Assembly (NCBI GenBank): GCA_016187515.1
Contig: JACPJN010000007.1
Span: 228,778 to 292,777, forward strand
Length of the DNA stretch: 64,000 nt
Source: Candidatus Uhrbacteria bacterium
GTDB lineage: Bacteria; Patescibacteriota; Patescibacteriia; GWA2-47-26
Direction: 5' to 3'
The notes below the pieces were generated by a model, which made no database searches, was not told the origin of the DNA, and saw nothing but the letters and a program-made list of their open reading frames with translations. Positions 46,837-55,959 of the stretch are shown piece after piece. The translations under genes were made by a program, and so were the position numbers. Position 1 is the stretch's first letter; every line of letters begins with the position of its first letter.

Positions 46837-47568
46837 GTGACTTGTCGACTAGCTAAAGATGCGCTACACTATCTTCATATGCTCCATCCCCATCATTATA
46901 CCCTTTCCTTACTTCAGCATCTGCTGGCTAAAGCCGACCATACTCTTTTTCCGCCGGACCGCTTGGCGGAGATGAAAAAAGAATACGCCCGGACCATGGG
47001 CGACCACGAGGTTCCCCAAGTGCAGGTTGAACAAATGGCCAGTAAGTTCGGGCGGGAAATTTGGCCTTACCACGAAGCCCTGGAAGAACTCTATCGCCGA
47101 CATGGCAAGAGTCAAGAAGAAGAGCGGGTGCGCCAAGAACTTAATCCGCAACTTAAAGAAAAATATGAGCGCTTCCTGGCCGGCGGCGGCAGTTTAAATG
47201 ATTTCCGCCGCGGCGCGGAGGTGGAGACGTATTTTACTCCGGAGGAAAAATTCGAACTCGGCTCCGCGGTAGTGGATGCTCATCACGCCGTATTGCAAGA
47301 AATCGCCTCCGGCTGCCGGCTGGATCTTCGACCAGAATGTGAAGAAGTCATCAACGACCATAAACAAAAAATCGAGCGCATCGAGAAAAAGCTCGTCATC
47401 CTAAAAAACCTGGCTTCCCGTTCGGAAAAATGGCGTCCGGAAATTGAAGACAAAGTAAAAACCTTGGAAGAGGCCTTTGGGTACCTGGAACGCACTTTTC
47501 ACGAATCCGATCTGGATGGCGCGATTGACTACTACGAAGGCGTGATTGAGAGTCCGGAATTTGGATAA
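46837..47568 (+). CDS. hypothetical protein
   Basis: 243 aa, helical, charged. No recognisable motif. Confidence 0.4.
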   Translation: MTCRLAKDALHYLHMLHPHHYTLSLLQHLLAKADHTLFPPDRLAEMKKEYARTMGDHEVPQVQVEQMASKFGREIWPYHEALEELYRRHGKSQEEERVRQELNPQLKEKYERFLAGGGSLNDFRRGAEVETYFTPEEKFELGSAVVDAHHAVLQEIASGCRLDLRPECEEVINDHKQKIERIEKKLVILKNLASRSEKWRPEIEDKVKTLEEAFGYLERTFHESDLDGAIDYYEGVIESPEFG

Positions 47569-47679
47569 ATCACAAATCACAAATCACAAACAAATTCAAA
47601 ATCACAATATCCAAACTTTGTAATTTGGAATTTGTAATTTCCTTGTAATTTGTTGCTTGAGATTTGGAATTTTCACCGC
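47569..47679. repeat. AT-rich intergenic palindromic element, family R subtype 2, with (AATCACA)n tandem arm
   Basis: AAATCACAAATCACAAATCACAAACAAATTCAAAATCACAATATCCAAACTTTGTAATTTGGAATTTGTAATTTCCTTGTAATTTGTTGCTTGAGATTTGGAATTTT. Confidence 0.8.
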
Positions 47680-48552
47680 ATGTCCACGGCTATCCAGTTG
47701 TTTATCAACATCCTCATCCAAACCACCCTGCTTGGACTTGTCGCCGCAGGGTTTAGTGTATTTTATTCCGTCTCTAAAGTACAGCACCTGGCCCACGGCG
47801 CGATTATCACCGGATCCGGCTACATTTTTCTGGCCTTGCTAAAGGCCGGATTGGGCATTCCGCTGGCCCTTGGCGGCGCGCTTGGCGGCGCGATCGTTGC
47901 CGGCTTACTTTGCAATTTTTTACTTTATGAGCGGCTGCAAAGGCGGCGCTGGTTTTCCGGCCTGGTCGCGCTGATCGCTTCACTCATCTTGCTTTCCGGA
48001 CTCCAGAGCATGCTTTTAATTATTTGGGGATCGCAGCCGCGAGTTATCCCGCTCGAAGGGACCCACGAACGCCTGGACCTTTGGGGGGCCTCGCTCACGC
48101 CGCTCCAAATCCTCATCATGGCCTTGTCGCTATTTTTAATTGGCATTTTTTACCTATATCTTAAACGCTCCCGCCTGGGAGTGGCGATCCGAGCCGCTGC
48201 GGATAATCCCGAAATGGCGGAAATTATCGGAATCAGCACTCGCGCCGTGCGTTATCGCACCATGGCGTTAATTTCTTTGCTTGGCGGAGTTGCCGGGGTG
48301 CTGATCGCTCTGGAATACAATCTTGATCCCTACTCCTCTACGCTGCATGCCGTACGCATGTTTGCGCGCACGATTGTGGCCGGGGTTGGTTCGGTGCCCG
48401 GAGTAATCGCTTCCGGACTGCTGATTGACGGCGCGGAAAATCTGGGCGGATACTTTATTTCCAGTTCGTTCAAAGATGCCTACTCCTTTCTCTTGGTTTT
48501 CTTATTTTTATTGCTGCGTCCGCGGGGATTATTTGGCCCAAAAAAAGATTAG
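47680..48552 (+). CDS. livH: branched-chain amino acid ABC transporter permease (LivH-type)
   Basis: ORF 47650..48552; probable start MSTAIQLFINILIQTTLLGLVAAGF. Confidence 0.8.
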   Translation: MSTAIQLFINILIQTTLLGLVAAGFSVFYSVSKVQHLAHGAIITGSGYIFLALLKAGLGIPLALGGALGGAIVAGLLCNFLLYERLQRRRWFSGLVALIASLILLSGLQSMLLIIWGSQPRVIPLEGTHERLDLWGASLTPLQILIMALSLFLIGIFYLYLKRSRLGVAIRAAADNPEMAEIIGISTRAVRYRTMALISLLGGVAGVLIALEYNLDPYSSTLHAVRMFARTIVAGVGSVPGVIASGLLIDGAENLGGYFISSSFKDAYSFLLVFLFLLLRPRGLFGPKKD

Positions 48553-48558
48553 GAGAGT

Positions 48559-49422
48559 ATGTTCAATTCCGGCTACATCATCTATCTAGTCAATCTGGTG
48601 GCTCTGTTTGCCATCCTGGGACTTTCATATAATCTGCTGGTCGGCTTTACCGGTCTGGGCAATCTTGGGCATCCGGCTTTTTTTCTGGTCGGGGCCTATA
48701 CTACCGCTCTGCTTACTGTAAAAGCGGGTTGGCCATTGCCGGTTGCCTGGGCTTTGGGAACGCTAGCGGGTATGATCACGGGCGCGCTGCTTTCGCTGGT
48801 TACCCGCAAAGCGCGCGGGGATGTGGTTTCGGTGCTGACTTTATTTTTTCTCATCACCGTGATTACGGTTACCCTAAATTGGACTACGGTCACCCGCGGA
48901 GCCCTGGGCATCCCGGGAATTCCCCGGCCAACCGCTTTTCAAACTCCGGAACAATTCCTGCTGCTAACCGTGTTTGCTTTTATTCTAGTGTATGGCATAG
49001 TTTGGAAAATTACCCGCAGTCCGTTTGGCCGGGTCTTGGGAGCAGTCCGCGATGATGAACTCGCCGCCGCGACTCTGGGCAAAAACGTATTCAAAGCGCG
49101 AGTGGTTGCCTTTTTGATTGCCGGGGCGCTCGCGGGTTTTGGCGGCGGACTGTTTGGTATGTTTTTTCGATTTGTTGATCCGGGGAGTTTTTATTTTCCA
49201 ATGCTGATCTCGGTTTTAACCATCGTCTATATCGGCGGGCTGGCTTCGCTTCCGGGCACCATCCTTGGCGCGGTGGTGGTCATCTTGCTTCCGGAAATTT
49301 TGCGCTTTCTTCCGCTAAACCCCGAGGTCGTCGGCGCCCTGCGCCAAATTATCTTCTCCGCGCTGGTGCTGATCGTAATCATTTGGAGACCCAAAGGGAT
49401 GCTGGGTAAAGTGGAGTTATAG
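48559..49422 (+). CDS. livM: branched-chain amino acid ABC transporter permease (LivM-type)
   Basis: 287 aa; hydrophobic, LivM-like order after LivH. Confidence 0.75.
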   Translation: MFNSGYIIYLVNLVALFAILGLSYNLLVGFTGLGNLGHPAFFLVGAYTTALLTVKAGWPLPVAWALGTLAGMITGALLSLVTRKARGDVVSVLTLFFLITVITVTLNWTTVTRGALGIPGIPRPTAFQTPEQFLLLTVFAFILVYGIVWKITRSPFGRVLGAVRDDELAAATLGKNVFKARVVAFLIAGALAGFGGGLFGMFFRFVDPGSFYFPMLISVLTIVYIGGLASLPGTILGAVVVILLPEILRFLPLNPEVVGALRQIIFSALVLIVIIWRPKGMLGKVEL

Positions 49423-49424
49423 TT

Positions 49425-50159
49425 ATGCTGGGAGTTCAAAATCTTAAAAAAAACTTCGGCGGCATCCAGGCCGTTGACAACTGTACTTTTAGCGTTGAAC
49501 CGCGGCGGATCACCGCGCTTATTGGTCCCAATGGCGCCGGAAAAACCACACTCTTTAATGTGGTGGCCGGGGTGGTTCCATCGGATGGCGGCACGGTGCG
49601 CCTGGGGGGGCATGACCTCACGCGTCTGCCAATCCACCTCCGGGCTCGGCTCGGGATCTCGCGAACCTTCCAAACCGTCCGCAATTTTTCCAACCTGAGT
49701 TTGGAAGAAAATCTGCGGCTGGCGGCCGAGCCGCGGGATCAGCATTTTTGGCAATCAATTTTTATTCCACGGAGCGCTCCCAAAAACCAACTGCTCGAGA
49801 TATTGAAGCGTGTCGGTCTAGAACAACCGCTTAATTACCCGTCCAAAGATCTTTCCTACGGGCAGAGTAAACTACTGTCGCTGGCCCGCGCGCTCTTAAT
49901 GCCGCACAAAATTCTGATGTTGGATGAGCCGGTCGCCGGAGTCGCTCCAACCTTGCGCGAGCAGTTTAAAGAGTTGTTGCCTGATCTTCAAGCGCGCGGC
50001 GAAACCATCTTTTTTATCGAGCACGATATGGATTTTGTCCGCGCCGTCGCCGACACGGTGATTGTCATGGATCAAGGCCGGGTGCTTACGGAAGGAACAC
50101 CCAATGAGGTACTTCGCGACCAGCGTGTACTTGATGCCTATCTTGGGGAACAACTCTAA
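49425..50159 (+). CDS. livG: ABC transporter ATP-binding protein (LivG-type)
   Basis: 244 aa. Walker A GPNGAGKTTLFN; signature LSYGQSKLL; Walker B ILMLDEP. Confidence 0.85.
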   Translation: MLGVQNLKKNFGGIQAVDNCTFSVEPRRITALIGPNGAGKTTLFNVVAGVVPSDGGTVRLGGHDLTRLPIHLRARLGISRTFQTVRNFSNLSLEENLRLAAEPRDQHFWQSIFIPRSAPKNQLLEILKRVGLEQPLNYPSKDLSYGQSKLLSLARALLMPHKILMLDEPVAGVAPTLREQFKELLPDLQARGETIFFIEHDMDFVRAVADTVIVMDQGRVLTEGTPNEVLRDQRVLDAYLGEQL

Positions 50160-50283
50160 AATTTCTAATTCACCTAATTAACCTAATTATTCTAAACAAT
50201 GTCCAATTCTCAAGCCCCAATTTTGGTCATTGGATATTGGGATTTATTTAGGTCAATTAGAGCAGTTAGAATAATTAGAAATT
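50160..50283. repeat. AT-rich intergenic palindromic element, family R subtype 1
   Basis: AATTTCTAATTCACCTAATTAACCTAATTATTCTAAACAAT...ATTGGGATTTATTTAGGTCAATTAGAGCAGTTAGAATAATTAGAAATT. Ends immediately at the livF ATG. Confidence 0.8.
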
Positions 50284-50988
50284 ATGCTTCGTATAAGCAA
50301 TCTCACTTCCGGTTACTCCGGCAATGAAGTCCTGCACGATATTTCCCTGCATGTTGCGCCCGGAGAAATTGTGGGACTGATTGGCCCCAACGGCGCCGGA
50401 AAATCCACGGTGCTGCGCTCGATTTTTCAGTTGGCGCAGATCAAGCGCGGTGCGATCACGTTCAAGAAACATGACGTCACGCGCCTGCACACCCACGATC
50501 TGCTGGAGCTGGGGATTGGCTTTGTGCCCCAGGGCCGGCTAGTATTTTCCAATCTGACGGTGCAGGAAAATTTGCGCATGGGCGGGTTCCTGCTCAACAA
50601 CAAAGATGTGCTCACGCGCAACATGAACGATGTGCTGGCGCGCTTTCCAGTGCTGCGCGAGAAACTCCGCGACAAAGCCCGCAACCTTTCCGGCGGCCAA
50701 CAGCAAATGCTGGCCATTGGCCGGGCGCTCATGATGACCCCGCAACTGCTTTTGCTTGACGAGCCCTCGCTTGGGCTCTCACCAAAAATAATGGGTGAAA
50801 TTGTGGAGATTTTGAAACAGCTCAACGCCGCCGGCGCCACCCTTATGATTGTTGAACAAAACGTGCACCTGCTTTTGGAATTCGCCACCCGTCTTTACGT
50901 GCTGGCCGCCGGCCGCGTGGTTGCGGAAGGCCCGCCTGAACAATTTCACGATCCGGCCGTACTGCGAAAACTTTACTTTCAGGAATAA
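50284..50988 (+). CDS. livF: ABC transporter ATP-binding protein (LivF-type)
   Basis: 234 aa. GPNGAGKSTVL; LSGGQQQML; LLLLDEPS. Confidence 0.85.
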   Translation: MLRISNLTSGYSGNEVLHDISLHVAPGEIVGLIGPNGAGKSTVLRSIFQLAQIKRGAITFKKHDVTRLHTHDLLELGIGFVPQGRLVFSNLTVQENLRMGGFLLNNKDVLTRNMNDVLARFPVLREKLRDKARNLSGGQQQMLAIGRALMMTPQLLLLDEPSLGLSPKIMGEIVEILKQLNAAGATLMIVEQNVHLLLEFATRLYVLAAGRVVAEGPPEQFHDPAVLRKLYFQE

Positions 50989-51158
50989 AAAAGCAAATTT
51001 TTGCTCGATCAGCTAGGCGGCCTTGACCCAAAGATGAGCGCAAGGGCGCCCAAATAGAAGAAGCCGATCCTTCGATGAAGGATCGGCACGGAAGAACAGC
51101 TGGATGCGGCGACGCTACATGCCGCGCGCGAGCACGCTGATCGCGCACATCTGGGTCG

Positions 51159-51608
51159 TCAGCGACGGTCCCGCGCCTGCGTCATGACATCTCGGGTCGC
51201 CTTGAGCTCGCCCTGGAGTGCCGCAACCTCCGGCCGGAGGTTGTTGACGGTCTCCCGGAGGTTGTTGACGGTCTCCGTAAGGTGCTGAACGCTCTCATCG
51301 AGCTTGGTGACCTTCTCGCCGAAGGGCTCGATGGCCCGCGAGACCCTGTCCTCGAGGCCCTTGACCGTCGTCCACGCGGTACCTGCGGAAATCATGGCTA
51401 CGGCGACGATCACCGTCGCAAGCCACCACCAGGATGGGCGCGAATCTCGCGTTCCCTTGAATTCCCGACGTTGTAAGTCCACGACGACCGCTCTGAATTC
51501 TGTGATCGCCTGCAACATCACCGCACGTTCTGGCCGCAGCGCTTCCAGAATCTCTCTGACGTCCGACTTGGTAGCCGGCGTTGGCTCGGCCGGTGGCAGA
51601 GGATCCAT
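51159..51608 (-). CDS. GC-rich hypothetical membrane-anchored coiled-coil protein
   Basis: 149 aa. Central TM WWWLATVIVAVAMISAG. C-terminal tandem peptide repeat TETVNNLRETVNNLR. GC well above neighbours. Perfect 11-bp-stem hairpin GCCGATCCTTCgatgAAGGATCGGC downstream at 51061-51086. Confidence 0.5.
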   Translation of the reverse strand: MDPLPPAEPTPATKSDVREILEALRPERAVMLQAITEFRAVVVDLQRREFKGTRDSRPSWWWLATVIVAVAMISAGTAWTTVKGLEDRVSRAIEPFGEKVTKLDESVQHLTETVNNLRETVNNLRPEVAALQGELKATRDVMTQARDRR

Positions 51609-51764
51609 GGGTGCCGTCCTGTCTTGGCGCTGGTCCTCACCTGACCACCAGGGCGCCGTGCCTACTGGTCATGGCGCGGACCCCCGCCGACCACCTCTCC
51701 TTCTATTCAACCACACCGGCAGGATCCGTCAAGGACGCATAAGTTAAGATACATCTTGCACTCC

Positions 51765-51793
51765 TTGTCAAAATGAGAAAATTGTGGTATACT
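51765..51793 (+). promoter_or_regulatory. near-consensus sigma70 promoter giving a leaderless transcript
   Basis: TTGTCA-17nt-TGgTATACT (-35 at 51765-51770, -10 at 51788-51793). ATG of the small protein at 51803, only about 3 nt past the predicted start site. Confidence 0.6.
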
Positions 51794-51802
51794 ATTATTG
51801 TT

Positions 51803-52060
51803 ATGACCATCAATGACTTTATAAAACAGCGCCCGCATCTGATTTGGTATACCAAGAATTATGCCGGTCTTAATGCGGAGGCAATTGTCGAGGCAACGCT
51901 CAATTACGGAAATTGGAAGGACGTACAAACGCTGATAAAAATTATGGGGGTGAAGGAGGTGGCACGCGTCTTTACTACCTACGCGAACCGGCCAAGATGC
52001 AATTATCGTCCTGATATTAAGCATTTTTTTACTCTTTACTTTAAGCGCCATGCCCCGTAG
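51803..52060 (+). CDS. small AbiEi-like wHTH protein (candidate antitoxin), cassette 1
   Basis: ORF 51773..52060, but its first ATG lies inside the promoter spacer, so the start is taken as MTINDFIKQRP. Homologous to the small protein at 54709 (shared L[YW]Y...YG[ND][WL]K..Q...G......R.....YR pattern). Confidence 0.5.
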   Translation: MTINDFIKQRPHLIWYTKNYAGLNAEAIVEATLNYGNWKDVQTLIKIMGVKEVARVFTTYANRPRCNYRPDIKHFFTLYFKRHAP

Positions 52061-52067
52061 TGAAACC

Positions 52068-52679
52068 ATGCATAAAGAAATTCTTACTTCCGAGCAAGTT
52101 GAGCTCTTGCCGCTGGTTGGCTCGTTTTCCAAAGAGTTTGGTTTGGTAGGCGGTACGGCGGTTGCCCTTCAGCTTGGCCACCGGCGTTCCATTGACTTTG
52201 ATCTTTTTTCTTTTAAGGGCTTCAATAATTTAAGCATCAAGCAAAAAATATCGCGGAAACGTAAGATTGATGAAATTTATGTGAACAGAAAAGGGGAGTT
52301 TACTTTTCTGATGAATGGGGTTAAGGTAACTTTTTTTCACTATCCTTTCGAGCTTGATTTTTCAGAGCGGTTTGACCGCGTAATCCGCATGCCGGACCTG
52401 CTGACCCTTGCCGCAATGAAGGCCTATACATTGGGGCAAAGAGCCAAATGGAAAGATTATGTAGATCTGTATTTTATCATGCAAAAATATCATGGCATCT
52501 CGGCAATCGCCGAGAAAGCCGAGACACTCTTCGGCAATGAGTTTAATGAAAAATTATTCCGCACCCAGCTCACATTTTTTCAAGATATTAACTATGCGGA
52601 AAAAGTTGAGTATCTGCCGGGGTTTGAGGTTGAACAACATACCATTGAAAAAGCGCTTGAAAACTACAGCGTAAGTTAG
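52068..52679 (+). CDS. AbiEii/AbiGii-family nucleotidyltransferase (candidate toxin), cassette 1
   Basis: ORF 52050..52679. Start MHKEILTSEQVELLPL at 52068 aligns with the paralog's MHHETIEKK. GLVGGTAVALQLGHRRSIDFDLF NTase motif. Confidence 0.7.
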   Translation: MHKEILTSEQVELLPLVGSFSKEFGLVGGTAVALQLGHRRSIDFDLFSFKGFNNLSIKQKISRKRKIDEIYVNRKGEFTFLMNGVKVTFFHYPFELDFSERFDRVIRMPDLLTLAAMKAYTLGQRAKWKDYVDLYFIMQKYHGISAIAEKAETLFGNEFNEKLFRTQLTFFQDINYAEKVEYLPGFEVEQHTIEKALENYSVS

Positions 52680-52683
52680 GACT

Positions 52684-54216
52684 ATGTCAACTAAAGTTCT
52701 CTCGGTCGCGCTGGTGGGGCTGGAAGCGGCGCAAGTGGAGGTGGAAGCCGGCATTACCTCGGCCCTTACCGCGTTTACGATTGTGGGACTGCCGGATACC
52801 GCGGTTCAAGAAGCGCGTGAGCGCGTGCGTCTCGCCATTAAATCCAGCGATCTGAATTTTCCAACGACTAAAACCACGGTTAACCTCGCGCCGGCGGACG
52901 TAAAAAAGGAAGGGCCAAAGTATGATTTGCCGGTCGCGCTTTCGGTCTTGCTGGCGCACGAAGAATTAAAGCCCGCGGCCGGCCTGGGCCCGAATTTTTT
53001 CGGGCGTTTTTTATTTTTGGGCGAACTCGCGCTTGACGGCCGTTTGCGCCCGGTTTCCGGCGTGCTCCCCGCGGCGCTTTTTGCGGCCGCGCGCGGACTG
53101 GAAGGAATGTTTGTGCCGGAGCAAAACGCGGCCGAAGCCGCGATTATTAAAAAGATCAAAGTGTATCCGGTACGCGATCTGCGCGAACTGGTGGAGCACA
53201 TCCAATGCAATGAACAAATTGAACCGGCGCCGCCCACAGAAGTGGAGCGTGAGCGCGGCCAAATCGAAGTGGATATGGCCTATATTGCCGGGCAAGAGCA
53301 TGCCAAGCGCGCGCTTGAGATTGCCGCGGCCGGACACCATAATGTGCTCATGCACGGGCCGCCCGGATCCGGCAAAACGCTGATGGCCAAGGCCACCGCC
53401 GGACTGCTCCCGCGTCCGTCTTTAGATGAGATGATTGATGTGACGCGGATTTATTCGGTGGCGGGATTGCTTCCGCCCGGAGTGCCGTTAATTACGGAGC
53501 GCCCCTATCGCGCGCCGCACCACAGCGCCTCATCTGCCGCGCTGGTCGGCGGAGGTACCGCGGTCAAGCCCGGGGAGATTACGCTGGCGCACCGCGGCGT
53601 GCTCTTTTTGGATGAACTGGTGGAGTTTCATCGCGACGTGCTGGAATCGCTGCGGGAGCCCTTAGAGAACGGCGCGATTACGATTTCCCGCGCCGCCGGA
53701 TCGCTGCGTTTTCCCGCGAAGTTTATGCTCATTGCCGCGTGCAATCCGTGCCCGTGCGGTTATCTGGGCGACCGGGAAAAACAGTGCGTGTGTATGCCCG
53801 GGGCTGTTGCAAAATATCGGAAAAAACTTTCCGGTCCAATTCAGGATCGCATTGACTTGCATGTGGAAGTGCCGCGGCTTAAATTTGATAAATTAACCTC
53901 GGAGGCAGTGGCCGAGCCATCGGAAACAATCCGCGCGCGCATTGAGAAGGCGCGCGAAATTCAGCGCGCTAGATTTGCGGAGCGCGGGTATGCCGTAAAC
54001 GCCGAAATGCCGGTGCAAGACATAAAAAAATTCTGCGCGGTGGACGCCCAAACGCAAGATGTACTTCGAAACGCCGTAGATCGCCTGCATCTTTCCGCCC
54101 GCGCTTATCACCGCGTGCTCAAACTCTCCCGCACCATTGCCGATCTTGCCGGGGCCGAGCGTATTGAACAGAATCACGTTGCCGAGGCGATAAATTATAG
54201 ACCCAAGAGTGACTGA
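52684..54216 (+). CDS. comM: YifB/ComM family Mg-chelatase-like AAA+ ATPase
   Basis: 510 aa. N-terminal Lon-like domain (VLSVALVGLEAAQVEVEA), Walker A GPPGSGKTLMA, C-terminal zinc motif CNPCPCGY...C. Confidence 0.85.
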   Translation: MSTKVLSVALVGLEAAQVEVEAGITSALTAFTIVGLPDTAVQEARERVRLAIKSSDLNFPTTKTTVNLAPADVKKEGPKYDLPVALSVLLAHEELKPAAGLGPNFFGRFLFLGELALDGRLRPVSGVLPAALFAAARGLEGMFVPEQNAAEAAIIKKIKVYPVRDLRELVEHIQCNEQIEPAPPTEVERERGQIEVDMAYIAGQEHAKRALEIAAAGHHNVLMHGPPGSGKTLMAKATAGLLPRPSLDEMIDVTRIYSVAGLLPPGVPLITERPYRAPHHSASSAALVGGGTAVKPGEITLAHRGVLFLDELVEFHRDVLESLREPLENGAITISRAAGSLRFPAKFMLIAACNPCPCGYLGDREKQCVCMPGAVAKYRKKLSGPIQDRIDLHVEVPRLKFDKLTSEAVAEPSETIRARIEKAREIQRARFAERGYAVNAEMPVQDIKKFCAVDAQTQDVLRNAVDRLHLSARAYHRVLKLSRTIADLAGAERIEQNHVAEAINYRPKSD

Positions 54217-54313
54217 ATCATGCCTGTCTGACAAATCGGGTATGGCCTGAATATAGGCGAGCCCAGCGAGTTGTAGTCAAAAGCCCATATTCTGTATTCT
54301 GTGGCCCATATTC

Positions 54314-54349
54314 TGTCCCAAAATCTCACGGCCGTGAGATTTTGGGACA
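54314..54349. repeat. 36-nt perfect palindrome TGTCCCAAAATCTCACGGCCGTGAGATTTTGGGACA (copy 1)
   Basis: Identical copy at 60673..60708. Both lie just downstream of plus-strand genes. Preceded by a direct repeat GCCCATATTCTGT x2. Confidence 0.8.
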
Positions 54350-54669
54350 ATTTTGAAATGTGTAAAAGTACCGGTTCACTTATGCAACACGAAGACTAAG
54401 CTTCCGGAAAAGTATGGCTGTTGGCAATACAATGCGCGGGACAAGCATCTTTATTATTACCCAAATTTTAAATCACAGACATCGAGGTAACCCTCTCTTC
54501 CGTCATTTCGACCGAGGATCCGACCGCGGTCGGATCGAAGTGGAGAAATCCCACCCCCTGCCATAATGCAAGAGGAATTTTGCAAGCAGTAACAACCCGC
54601 CGCGTCTGCCGGTGCCACAGCACCGAAGCGAAGCGGAGGCATGTGCGTCGGTGGGAGAGGCGGGTCTTT

Positions 54670-54698
54670 TTGACAAACCCGCGATTTTGTGATATCAT
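54670..54698 (+). promoter_or_regulatory. consensus sigma70 promoter giving a leaderless transcript (cassette 2)
   Basis: TTGACA-17nt-TATCAT with TG extension (tgTGaTATCAT). ATG at 54709. Confidence 0.6.
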
Positions 54699-54708
54699 AT
54701 TGTGTAGT

Positions 54709-55029
54709 ATGAAGACCAAACTTCCCAAATCCCTCTACCGTTATTTTTGGGATATTGAACCGGAGAAACTTGACGTGCGCCAATACTCCACCTATGTAAT
54801 TTCACGATTGTTTGAGTACGGTGATCTCAAGTCGATTCAATGGATGCGTAAGACATACCGCACACCGACACTCCGTGCTGCCCTGACCCGACGAGGTCTT
54901 TCACTTAGATCCCGGCACTATTTTGCCCTCCTGTTTGATCAAAAACTTCATAAAATTTTATGCACCACGAAACCATCGAAAAGAAAACTCGCGCTGCTCT
55001 CGAGCTTTTGGGATCGTCGCGACTCCTAA
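54709..55029 (+). CDS. small AbiEi-like wHTH protein (candidate antitoxin), cassette 2
   Basis: ORF 54580..55029, trimmed to MKTKLPKSLYRYFWDIEPEKLDVRQ... directly after the promoter. Its 3' end overlaps the NTase start by about 70 nt (possibly a frameshifted or extended tail). Confidence 0.45.
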   Translation: MKTKLPKSLYRYFWDIEPEKLDVRQYSTYVISRLFEYGDLKSIQWMRKTYRTPTLRAALTRRGLSLRSRHYFALLFDQKLHKILCTTKPSKRKLALLSSFWDRRDS

Positions 55030-55574
55030 ACGATTTTTATCTTGCCGGCGGCACCGGACTTGCGCTCCATCTTGGCCATCGTCTTTCCTACGATCTTGAT
55101 TTTTTTTCTCCCAAAGAGTTCTCACCCCAATCGATGATCATTAAACTTCGAAAGGCGGGACATTTTGCTCTTGACAGTAAAGACAAGGGAACCGTGCACG
55201 GACAATTTGGGGGCGCCAAATTGAGTCTTCTACGCTATCCCTACCCGCTTCTTTTTCGTCCCGCACAATGGTTGGGTATCGCAATCGCGGATCCGCGCGA
55301 TATCGGCTGCATGAAACTTGACGCGATATCCTCCCGTGGCACAAGAAAAGATTTTATTGATCTCTTTTTCCTCCTCAAAACAATCTCATTAAAAGACCTG
55401 CTCGCATTATTTGAGAAAAAATATCGTCGCGTCAGTTATAATCTTGCGCATGTATTAAAAAGCATTGTGTACTTTGAGGATGCGCGGTCAGAGCCGGAAC
55501 CCACTATGCTTCTTCCATACTCCTGGGAAAAAATTGAACGCCTGCTTGAACAGCAAATAAAAACAACCCTATAA
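54960..55574 (+). CDS. AbiEii/AbiGii-family nucleotidyltransferase (candidate toxin), cassette 2
   Basis: 204 aa. FYLAGGTGLALHLGHRLSYDLDFF NTase motif. Paralog of 52068..52679. Confidence 0.7.
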   Translation: MHHETIEKKTRAALELLGSSRLLNDFYLAGGTGLALHLGHRLSYDLDFFSPKEFSPQSMIIKLRKAGHFALDSKDKGTVHGQFGGAKLSLLRYPYPLLFRPAQWLGIAIADPRDIGCMKLDAISSRGTRKDFIDLFFLLKTISLKDLLALFEKKYRRVSYNLAHVLKSIVYFEDARSEPEPTMLLPYSWEKIERLLEQQIKTTL

Positions 55575-55610
55575 ATGGTCGCATTTATCCGCCCGCGCTT
55601 AGCGCGCGGC

Positions 55611-55639
55611 TTGACCTCTGATTTGCAATGTGATAAACT
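55611..55639 (+). promoter_or_regulatory. sigma70-type promoter for the zinc-ribbon miniprotein
   Basis: TTGACC-17nt-TAAACT. AGGAGG Shine-Dalgarno 8 nt before ATG 55660. Confidence 0.45.
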
Positions 55640-55659
55640 GCTGATCAGGAGGTACATCC

Positions 55660-55857
55660 ATGTCCAAAATCGCTCCCCCATTGCCATGGAAAGAGGGTGA
55701 TGCTGACCGGAATCCTGACGAGCTTCAGGAAAGAGGAACCCGGGTCTGCTTCAACTGCGGTGAACCTCGGGTGGTCGGGCAACCGCATCGCTGCGGCGAG
55801 CTGGATGCGCTGGCAAGACCGCGCGAAAAAGCGCCCCCGCAACCCAAGCGGAAGTGA
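55660..55857 (+). CDS. small zinc-ribbon-like protein
   Basis: 65 aa. CFNCGEPRVVGQPHRCGE gives a C-x2-C...H-x-C cluster. Strong RBS and promoter. GC-rich. Confidence 0.4.
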   Translation: MSKIAPPLPWKEGDADRNPDELQERGTRVCFNCGEPRVVGQPHRCGELDALARPREKAPPQPKRK

Positions 55858-55959
55858 CTATTCGGCTCTTTTCAATACTCTCTCAAATCCCTGCGACCGC
55901 TCCGGCGGTCTTTTTTTATTTCGAGCAATTGACCTGATTGACAGGACATGATACAGTAC

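Noticed and set aside
55929-55957. Candidate infB promoter TTGACC-17-TACAGT
   Set aside because: The -10 is weak and the region is dominated by the TACGAAT palindrome. Mentioned in findings but not annotated as a feature.
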